Source: a virus | Reading direction: 5' to 3' (one strand) | Virus record (IMG/VR): IMGVR_UViG_3300009514_000017 | Location: 11,791-75,790 of that record | DNA: 64,000 bases | In this document: positions 56,847 to 64,000 of the stretch, piece by piece | Position numbering within the stretch: position 1 is the stretch's first letter | Layout of the letters: the number at the start of each line of letters is the position of its first letter | Program-made: the position numbers and the translations under genes | The notes under the pieces: model-generated | What the model was told of the DNA's origin: nothing | Database searches by the model: none | Seen by the model: the letters and a program-made list of their open reading frames with translations, nothing else

Positions 56847-57991
56847 TGGCAGTCAGGACCACACCATTTAGGGTTGGCTCTCGACTAGTAGAGGTTGAGA
56901 AGTGTCGAATCATCGACGTTCACCCTTCTCGTTATACCGTTACGTTTGCCAACTATGGAGCCAACACTAGAATTCAGACCGTCTCTTTCGCGACTCCCTA
57001 TCAGCATTCGTACAATGGTGAGGGGATATACTTCATGCCAGAGGTTGGATCGGAAGCTTGGGTCTGCTGGCCATCGGAGGGTAACAAGCCATTCATCATG
57101 GGGTGGTGCCCATCCAGGCAGGTAGATGCTGGAGGCAACAACTACAAGAACAACAAGAAGGATTTGATCCCAGGAGACATCTTCCTGGGATCACGGGGTG
57201 GAAACTTCATTTATCTTCGTAGGGGAGGAATCATTCAGATAGGTGGTAGCCCTCTAGCGCAGAGAATGTATGTCCCCATAAACCACATGATTCGTGACAT
57301 CTGTGGTGTCTACAAGCTCCACACGTTTGCTGGAGACCTGGAGTGGGGAGTCCAGAGGGAAGAGAATTCGTCTACGGTGGAGACAGACAGGGCTTCTACT
57401 ACATCTGACGCCAAGAGACCGGCTACATTAACGTTGAAGGCCAGGGAGTATTCTGGAGACCCAAACCCGATTGCCACTCTTCGGGTAGGCTCTCATGAGG
57501 TTTCCCAAGGAGCCCCATCCAACACTATCCTGAGTTTGGAAATCAGAGACACTGGGTCTGCTGGCTCTACTCAGCAGGTCAAGCTGGAAATAGGCAAGGA
57601 TGGATCTGTTGTGTGGGACATTGAGCAAAACATCGCATGGACGGTGTCTGGCACAGCCTCTCTGTCTTCTGAAGGACAGTTGTCCCTTAGTTCTAAAGGA
57701 CAACTGTCCTTGTTCGGTGATGACGTCGTCTTGAATGCTACCGGAACTGGAAAGGATGTTTTGATCAAGTCCGACAGGGCTGACGTGGACATCCAGGGTA
57801 AGAACATCAAGGTTGGCAAGAAGGCGATAGCATCAGATCTCCCACCTGTAGGTATAGGTTGGAACCGGGTAGTGATAGCAACTCCAGCATTTATTAGTTG
57901 GTTGATCTCCCACACCCACGCTCCAGGTGGACCTCCACTCCCGTCTCTAGCTGCGTCTCTACCTACCGCTTCTGGACTATTTGCGAAGTGA
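56846..57991 (+). CDS. Baseplate central spike (gp5/gpV-like OB fold + beta-helix, HxH tip)
   Basis: GEGIYFMPEVGSEAWVCW..PFIMG OB-fold pattern, short beta repeats, and C-terminal SHTH. Confidence 0.75.
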   Translation: MAVRTTPFRVGSRLVEVEKCRIIDVHPSRYTVTFANYGANTRIQTVSFATPYQHSYNGEGIYFMPEVGSEAWVCWPSEGNKPFIMGWCPSRQVDAGGNNYKNNKKDLIPGDIFLGSRGGNFIYLRRGGIIQIGGSPLAQRMYVPINHMIRDICGVYKLHTFAGDLEWGVQREENSSTVETDRASTTSDAKRPATLTLKAREYSGDPNPIATLRVGSHEVSQGAPSNTILSLEIRDTGSAGSTQQVKLEIGKDGSVVWDIEQNIAWTVSGTASLSSEGQLSLSSKGQLSLFGDDVVLNATGTGKDVLIKSDRADVDIQGKNIKVGKKAIASDLPPVGIGWNRVVIATPAFISWLISHTHAPGGPPLPSLAASLPTASGLFAK

Positions 57992-57999
57992 GGCAATAA

Positions 58000-60018
58000 A
58001 TGAACCTGTTCCTCGATACCCCACAGACCGAGAAGAGTGCTGCGTTCGTGGCTCGCCTCTCAGAACAGCCAGAGAACTGGGGTCCTGAAATCCACAGCGA
58101 AATACTACGACAGGTTCCATACCTGTCTGAGTATGACCTGAACGTCCACCTGGATAAGGTGAATCCACAGCGTGGTTATGGCTTCGGCTATGTGGATGTC
58201 ACGAATAGGACGACCCGACCGCTGACGGAACAGACAGACGGGGTCGATGCCCCACACATCAAGCTGCCAGTCATCGTCGAGGAAAGGTCGTTGAAGCCTT
58301 TCACTGTGTTCCTTGATGGAACGGATGTCCTACCTCTCACGGAGGAACGTCTGAGAGAGGCGCTATTCAATCCGGCGACCTTTGATCTGGTAGACAATCA
58401 GCCAAAGGATCAGGGGCTGATTGATAGCCTTACCCCACCAGCAAGAGGAGGTGAGATCGGTAAGGGTAAGACCTCTTCAGCCAAAACCGTCTCTGCGGAG
58501 GATAGAGCATCTATCCTCCTCGATATCGCTCCGACCATCTCTGAGTCCGATGCTAGGGACTTTCTGAGGAAGGTGGCGTCAGATCCATCCATCGCCGCAG
58601 GGTTTAGGAGATCTGGCCTGACCCCTAGACTGGAAGAGGTTTTCGTCAAGACGAAGAGGGCGTCGGCTGATGAAAGACTCGAGTCGTTGCTGGATGGAAT
58701 CCTTCCAACAGTTACAACCCTACACAAGTTGCCTGGCGGAAACTTCCTCGTGAAACAGGCTGCCACCAACGCTTTCGTCGATGGTCAGGGCGCTCAGGGA
58801 CAGGTTGTACCACAGCAGCAGGTTGGACAGGCAATCGGGCAGGAACAAGCAGCAGCCATTCAGCCCGGAGATACTGTCACGGCAACTGCCAATCCTGTAG
58901 AACAGCCTGCTCCAGAGCCAGTCGACAACTCGAAGGTTGTTGAAGAGTTTGGCGAGTACAAGATCAGGGATTCCCTAGGAAACGAGATTTTGGGTTGGGT
59001 GTTTCCACAGACTCTAGCTTGGGATGGGCAGTTTACTCCAACTGAGGTTGCGCTGTTCACGAACGGCTCTTCTTACGCCGTCAAGGATGGGGGAATCGTA
59101 GGTGAGTTGGTTGGTAAGGGAACCAACTTGCCAAAGTCTGACGATCCCAGAGGAGAAGGCACCTTCTATTCCATCGAGCATGGAAACGCGATAGCAACCG
59201 CACCAGTTACCATCAGCTCGACAGTGGCTGGAGTCGATGGCCAGCACAAGCTCATGGGCACTGACCTGTTTGGTACTCCTGTTTCTGTCAGCATTGTCGC
59301 TGGACTCAAGACGCCGATGTCGGTTGGAGAGGGGGAGTTCTCTCTCCCCGATTCATGGAAGTTCATGCGGCTGAACAATCAGACGGAGTTGGAAGCAAAC
59401 CCGGAGATGGAGGGAGGAGCTCCACCACCAGCAGCAGCGGCAGAAAAGAAGCTGGCTTCGGTGAACAACTCCGCCGAGTTGTTCTGGAACGGGTCGTACA
59501 ACATCAAGGGTGGCTGTGGTCTACACAAGATTGCTTCCTCTTACAGGCACGATCTTGACTCAGTAGGAGCTGAGTTTGTGCTTGGCCTACTTGGCGTCGA
59601 TGGTGGTAGAGCGCAGAGCTTGGTGAAGGAAGCTAGGAAGAAGGGATGCGTCAAGCTATCAGGACTGAAGACCATCAAGACTGCTGGGGAACGCTTCAGT
59701 GAGTCAGTCAAGACGGCGTCAGCCATTCTCTCGAGCCTTCCCAATCTGAAGAGAGACTTGGTGAAGATTGCTGCGGAGATGGGTGATGAAAGTACGGCTG
59801 ACCATATCCTAGCTCTGAACTTCATCAACCCAGAGAACTTGGCCGAGTTCGTTGGTTACATTCCAGACCTGGATGCAACCAGCAAGAAGCTTGCTGAGAT
59901 GCATCTGTCGTCACAGGTTGGACAGAGAGATCTACCTGGTGACTCTATCAAGACAGCCATGGAGAACCTAGAAGACGTCATTCTCGGACTGAAGTCTATC
60001 CAGCATGCAGAGTCCTAA
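58000..60018 (+). CDS. Putative virion protein rich in K-x-A sites
   Basis: 672 aa containing KSAA, KVAS, KRAS, KQAA, KLAS, KIAS, KTAG, KTAS, KIAA, KLAE and KTAM. Confidence 0.55.
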   Translation: MNLFLDTPQTEKSAAFVARLSEQPENWGPEIHSEILRQVPYLSEYDLNVHLDKVNPQRGYGFGYVDVTNRTTRPLTEQTDGVDAPHIKLPVIVEERSLKPFTVFLDGTDVLPLTEERLREALFNPATFDLVDNQPKDQGLIDSLTPPARGGEIGKGKTSSAKTVSAEDRASILLDIAPTISESDARDFLRKVASDPSIAAGFRRSGLTPRLEEVFVKTKRASADERLESLLDGILPTVTTLHKLPGGNFLVKQAATNAFVDGQGAQGQVVPQQQVGQAIGQEQAAAIQPGDTVTATANPVEQPAPEPVDNSKVVEEFGEYKIRDSLGNEILGWVFPQTLAWDGQFTPTEVALFTNGSSYAVKDGGIVGELVGKGTNLPKSDDPRGEGTFYSIEHGNAIATAPVTISSTVAGVDGQHKLMGTDLFGTPVSVSIVAGLKTPMSVGEGEFSLPDSWKFMRLNNQTELEANPEMEGGAPPPAAAAEKKLASVNNSAELFWNGSYNIKGGCGLHKIASSYRHDLDSVGAEFVLGLLGVDGGRAQSLVKEARKKGCVKLSGLKTIKTAGERFSESVKTASAILSSLPNLKRDLVKIAAEMGDESTADHILALNFINPENLAEFVGYIPDLDATSKKLAEMHLSSQVGQRDLPGDSIKTAMENLEDVILGLKSIQHAES

Positions 60019-60041
60019 ACCTCCAACTCGTGAGCACTTGA

Positions 60042-60905
60042 GTGAAACATCCAGCTGAAAGATTCATCAAGTACCTGCTGCTCAAGACTCCTAACATCGA
60101 GTTCCACTCGATCAGGACCACCTTGATCGAGTGGCATTTTCTGTTGCCTCTGGAAGATGGAGAGCAGGCTCAGTACTTCAACTTTCTGAGAGCAGAGCTG
60201 GAACAGGGTAGGCCGCAGGACTTCGACCCATCCAACAGGGTTCACAGACCCTCTGTCAGATTCCTGCGACAGCATGGCATCTATGGACTGTTCTTCCCAA
60301 CATCATCTGTTGAAGAAGCCTGGGACATACTGGGTGACCCAGAGAAGAGAGCAACCGTTGAACAGTTCCTGTTGGCCAGGCTGAATCTCAAGCGTGACCT
60401 AGCCCACCTCAACAGACAGACAGGATGGAGATTGTCTTCTACTGGTGTGGAGGCATACCAGAAGTTCTTCTGGGACGTTAAGGCACTCTCGTTCGATGAA
60501 TGGGGAAGATTTTTGTATGGCAGAACCATGCTGTACGAGAGGGCATTGACCCTTCTTCAAGCGCCGAAGAAGCTCGCCTACTTCCATATGAGATTCGAGC
60601 AGGAGAATGACTCGAAGTCTATGATCTTGCGTGCCCAGCAGATCGCCTACCACACCCTTGAAGAAGTATCGATGCAGCCTGGTGTTGGACCGCAGAAGGT
60701 CAAGGCTATCGGTATCCTGGCTAAGTCGGTTCTGGATTGCCATGAAGCCTTGATGACCAGTGATCTCGCTCTTCGTGAAGTCATCGACAAGTTCAAGCAG
60801 TTTCAGATGGAGCGTGACAACTCTCGACCAAAGTCGATTCATGAACTAGCTGCTGCTGGCAACTACTCCGGAAGCGGGGTAGATGATGATGAGGTGGTTC
60901 ACTAA
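60042..60905 (+). CDS. Hypothetical helical protein
   Basis: 287-aa ORF in operon orientation. Confidence 0.6.
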   Translation: MKHPAERFIKYLLLKTPNIEFHSIRTTLIEWHFLLPLEDGEQAQYFNFLRAELEQGRPQDFDPSNRVHRPSVRFLRQHGIYGLFFPTSSVEEAWDILGDPEKRATVEQFLLARLNLKRDLAHLNRQTGWRLSSTGVEAYQKFFWDVKALSFDEWGRFLYGRTMLYERALTLLQAPKKLAYFHMRFEQENDSKSMILRAQQIAYHTLEEVSMQPGVGPQKVKAIGILAKSVLDCHEALMTSDLALREVIDKFKQFQMERDNSRPKSIHELAAAGNYSGSGVDDDEVVH

Positions 60906-61345
60906 TGGGTGCAATATCTAAAGGTATTGCTTTCGGAGCATTGGCTGGAGCAGGGACTGGACTGACTGGTGGACCTGGTGGAAGAGATAATAATGCAAGG
61001 GTAAAGAAGGTTTTGAGAAATGCTGTTGGAGGAGCATTTATCGGTGGAGCGATAGGTGGGGGTGGTTCACATGCGTTAAAAGCTGGGCGTAAAGCATACA
61101 GACAGGAATCTGCTAAGGCCGCAGACAAGATGGAAAAGAGTTTACAGAGAGTCTCAGACAAAACTCTTGCTGGTGCAGAAGCATTGCCAGGTAAGGTAGT
61201 AGAACGAGCCAAAGGATCTATTGCAGACAGGTTTAGGAGAATCCCTCTTCTAGGAAGACTGGTTCCGAAAGCTAAGACGGCAGGGGTGGATTACACTGCA
61301 TTCACCAATGAGCTGTATGAGATTGTAGGAAGGGGGTACCGCTGA
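60905..61345 (+). CDS. Gly-zipper basic protein with C-terminal KTAG-VDYTAFTNELYEI tag
   Basis: GIAFGALAGAGTG and AVGGAFIGGAIGGG segments; TAATG coupling. Confidence 0.6.
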   Translation: MGAISKGIAFGALAGAGTGLTGGPGGRDNNARVKKVLRNAVGGAFIGGAIGGGGSHALKAGRKAYRQESAKAADKMEKSLQRVSDKTLAGAEALPGKVVERAKGSIADRFRRIPLLGRLVPKAKTAGVDYTAFTNELYEIVGRGYR

Positions 61346-61380
61346 GTGATTTCGCGCCAGGACTTCCAAGCAAGGGGAAC

Positions 61381-62763
61381 ATGGGCGACTTCTCTCGATT
61401 CAGAGAGGGAGACACCTTGGACCTGGTGGTCCAGGAACATCGCGCGGACAGGGCGGGGAAACACTTCGACGTTCGTATAGGCACGAAGGACACCGGACTT
61501 CTTTCATGGGCTACTCGAAAGGGAATCCCAGGACCGAGTGGTAAGGTTGCCTTGTTTCAGCAACCAGTTCATCGGCATGAGTATGGTCAGTTCGAGGGTG
61601 AGATAGCTTCCGGGTACGGAAAGGGAACTGTCAGGAAACACGATTCGGGAAAGCTTCTGGTCACAAAGGTGGACAAAGGTTCAATCCATCTGACGCGATC
61701 AGACAAGAGGTTTCCCGAGCGATTCGTCCTGGCAAAGCCGAGAGGGGACAACAAGCGTTGGTTGTTGATCAACTCTACTCCGACCGAGAAGGTGCCTTAC
61801 GACAAGATCAGGTATCGATCTGTGGCTCCCAAGGATGCCAAGAAGGTGTTGGACAACCTTCAGCCCGGTTCCTCTGTGCAAGCCAAGATAGATGGCGCAG
61901 CCGCGTTGACCAAGCTTTTGAAGGGCAGGGCAGAGGTTGTCTCTTACAGGGTGTCGAAAGAGACTGGTAGACCTATTGTCCACACGGAGAGGATGTTCAA
62001 GGGGAGGCCAACCATCTCGATCCCGAAGAAGTACGTCGGCTCAGTTCTGCGCGGAGAACTCTATGGGACCAAGGGGGGTAAGGTCATTCCGCCACAGGAG
62101 CTTGGTGGTATTCTCAACTCTTCCGTGGACAAATCTATCAGGCAGCAGGTAGAGCGTGGGGTAGAGCTCAAGAAGTCACTGTTCGACATCCAGCAGGTTG
62201 GTGCGGAGTCGACCAGAGCAATGGATTACCAGAGCAGGAGTAAGGTTCTCGAGGACATCATCCGGCATCTTCCTGAGGACAGGTTCGAGCTGTCTGAAGG
62301 AGTGTTGACTCCAAAAGACGCCAACGCTCTTCTCAAGAAAGTACTTTCAGGAAAGCATCCACTCACTCGTGAGGGTGTGGTAATCCACCCACCGATGGGT
62401 AAGCCAACCAAGATCAAGGCGCAACAGGAGCACGATGTCTATGTCACCGGAACTTTCCCAGGAAAAGGACGACTCCGAGACTCTGTTGGAGGAGTCACTT
62501 TTTCAACCTCTCCAGGTGGCAAGACGGTTGGCAAGATCGGAACAGGATTTTCGGATGCTCTTCGTAGTGAACTCGCTAGGAGTCCATCCGAGTACATCGG
62601 AAGAATCGCTCGTGTACGCAGCCAGGAGAGACTACCTTCAGGAGCTTTGAGAGCACCATCTCTCATAGCGCTTCACGAAGACTACCCGATGAAGAAGTCA
62701 GCACATCTTCTAAACGCTGCTAAGCTTCTGGGATTCGTAGACGAGCTACAGAAGGAGATTTGA
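61381..62763 (+). CDS. LigD-type 3'-phosphoesterase fused to ATP-dependent DNA ligase
   Basis: PE domain: VVQEH..HFDVR..SWA..H..Y..FEG.I..GYG.G.V. Ligase motifs: KIDG, LRGE, FDI, EGVV, KIK, GTGF, LRAP. Confidence 0.85.
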   Translation: MGDFSRFREGDTLDLVVQEHRADRAGKHFDVRIGTKDTGLLSWATRKGIPGPSGKVALFQQPVHRHEYGQFEGEIASGYGKGTVRKHDSGKLLVTKVDKGSIHLTRSDKRFPERFVLAKPRGDNKRWLLINSTPTEKVPYDKIRYRSVAPKDAKKVLDNLQPGSSVQAKIDGAAALTKLLKGRAEVVSYRVSKETGRPIVHTERMFKGRPTISIPKKYVGSVLRGELYGTKGGKVIPPQELGGILNSSVDKSIRQQVERGVELKKSLFDIQQVGAESTRAMDYQSRSKVLEDIIRHLPEDRFELSEGVLTPKDANALLKKVLSGKHPLTREGVVIHPPMGKPTKIKAQQEHDVYVTGTFPGKGRLRDSVGGVTFSTSPGGKTVGKIGTGFSDALRSELARSPSEYIGRIARVRSQERLPSGALRAPSLIALHEDYPMKKSAHLLNAAKLLGFVDELQKEI

Positions 62764-62764
62764 A

Positions 62765-63223
62765 ATGGTCTGGTACAAGCAGTTTGAAACAGGGGTTGAG
62801 ACCATCGAGGACAAGGCTCTTCTCGACGAGCTAGATCGCGATAGCAAGGTGGTGACGGACGAGGAAGAGTTCTCGACGACCGCCAAGATCATAGAGCCCA
62901 TTCAGTTTCAACCAGTCAAAGCACCCGGTCACTACGAAGCAGAGACTGCTGTTCGAGGACAGGATGTCATCTTCCACATCTGGCCTTGGGGGTATCACCA
63001 GGCTGTGGCGGAAGAGGCCAGACCACCAAGCTTCAGGCCCAAGTTCCAGGATTGGATTTCAACTGCCTTCCTGTCTGAGTATCCCGACGCAAACATTTTC
63101 ATCGATTACGACGCAGACATGGGATCGTTCTTCGTCAAGATACACGGTGTTGGAGTCAGTCAGTTCTGGATGAAGCGTGCCATCCAGTGTCTTGAGAACC
63201 TCTACAACCTACTGGCTAATTGA
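62765..63223 (+). CDS. Hypothetical protein
   Basis: 152-aa ORF with AAGGAG upstream. Confidence 0.6.
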   Translation: MVWYKQFETGVETIEDKALLDELDRDSKVVTDEEEFSTTAKIIEPIQFQPVKAPGHYEAETAVRGQDVIFHIWPWGYHQAVAEEARPPSFRPKFQDWISTAFLSEYPDANIFIDYDADMGSFFVKIHGVGVSQFWMKRAIQCLENLYNLLAN

Positions 63224-63224
63224 T

Positions 63225-63956
63225 ATGATATCTTCCTCCTTTGTTGATGAGCTAGAAAAGATTGCTATTTCTATCAATCAGATTCGAGCAGCATCTAAAA
63301 GAATAGGGAAGACAATTACTCCAGAGAAGGGGTCGATCATAGATGCGTTTGGTGCCATTGCAACCCCTACCAAAGCTCAGGTCGGAAAGAAGAATCTTTC
63401 TTCAGCTAGATCTATTGCTCGTATGCAGTCTAAGATCCTGCCGAAGGAGGTCACGTATTCGATGAAGAAGGCTTTGAAACCTATCTATTCGGACAAGTCC
63501 AAGAGAGGAAAGATTTATCTATCCGATGATATTGGCGCGAGGCTCTCTCCTTCAGCTAGCCCTAAAACCCAGAAGCGGGTAGGGAGTCTAACTAAGATTC
63601 ATGAGAGGCAGGAGACAAAGGTCAAGATGAAGCCGGGTAGCCTTCATCTATCTCCAAAGGTGATGATGGATGAGATGAACATGGCCAACAACATCACTGG
63701 CCACGGTTCGAAGGTTCTATCTAAGGAACTTCAAGGGCTTCGTAAGGCTGAATTTGGTCATCTTCGTAAACAGATTGTAAAGGGTGTGAAAGATAAGCGA
63801 GCCCTTCAGTATACGAAACCTGGAAGAAAGATTCCGAAGGCGATGAAGAAGCATCTGCTGAAAAAGAGGATGCGAATGACGCCCAGGGAAGCTATAAATA
63901 TCATGACGGAGCAAGGGAAGGTTCTTCAAGAACGTCACATGAAGGCAGCTAGATGA
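63225..63956 (+). CDS. Very basic protein with N-terminal SFVDELEKIA tag
   Basis: ATG at 63225 after the upstream TGA; K/R-rich. Confidence 0.65.
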   Translation: MISSSFVDELEKIAISINQIRAASKRIGKTITPEKGSIIDAFGAIATPTKAQVGKKNLSSARSIARMQSKILPKEVTYSMKKALKPIYSDKSKRGKIYLSDDIGARLSPSASPKTQKRVGSLTKIHERQETKVKMKPGSLHLSPKVMMDEMNMANNITGHGSKVLSKELQGLRKAEFGHLRKQIVKGVKDKRALQYTKPGRKIPKAMKKHLLKKRMRMTPREAINIMTEQGKVLQERHMKAAR

Positions 63957-63971
63957 TATTTCAGGATTAAC

Positions 63972-64000
63972 ATGATCCCTATATCTTTCGTAGATGAGCT
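63972..64000 (+). CDS. Start of a truncated gene beginning MIPISFVDEL
   Basis: ATG at 63972 with AGGA upstream; carries the recurring tag. Confidence 0.5.

Noticed and set aside
165-63938. Numerous 60-200 aa ORFs antisense or out of frame to long genes
   Set aside because: They are fully nested in well-supported genes with no motifs or RBS, so they are treated as shadow ORFs.
1-64000. Alternative genetic code (stop-codon reassignment), common in large phages
   Set aside because: Code 11 gives near-complete coding density, multi-kb ORFs, and TAG/TGA/TAA stops that abut or overlap the next start.
1-64000. CRISPR array, tRNA/rRNA genes, DGR or retron
   Set aside because: No spaced direct repeats, cloverleaf-like intergenic segments or reverse-transcriptase motifs were noticed, and intergenic gaps are very short. 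The Cas4-like gene has no cas neighbours.

Overview
This window is a gene-dense 64-kb fragment of a large (probably jumbo) tailed phage with a contractile-tail-type baseplate, read in the standard genetic code. It has three blocks. (i) 79-24518 (+) holds baseplate and tail genes: gp25-like, J-like wedge, PKD-containing wedge, tail collar, and a beta-helix fibre. (ii) 24573-41744 (-) is a replication/recombination operon: SF2 helicase, family-4 UDG, DnaB-like helicase, primase, Cys-rich SSB candidate, family-A DNA polymerase, HU, RecA, Hjc-like, Cas4-like and RusA-like nucleases. (iii) 41872-64000 (mostly +) holds a portal-like protein, a single-polypeptide beta-beta' RNA polymerase with two LAGLIDADG inteins, a baseplate spike, a LigD-type phosphoesterase-ligase and small basic or Gly-rich proteins. 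Four signals stand out. A recurring terminal peptide tag, F-x-[DN]-E-L-x-K-I, occurs on six unrelated late-region proteins including the ligase, together with dense K-x-A sites, suggesting a virion cargo-loading and maturation code. A 499-aa intein sits right after the catalytic NADFDGD motif, starts with Gln, and fits none of the three intein classes. Two promoter classes (TCGTTGACY-N18-TAYWCT before + strand structural units; AGGGYATAAG before - strand units) suggest an N4-like inverted programme run by a packaged multisubunit-type RNAP. A hairpin-rich short transcript encodes a 15-aa peptide. No capsid, terminase, tRNA or CRISPR array was recognised. All functional calls come from motif recognition by eye, not from database searches.
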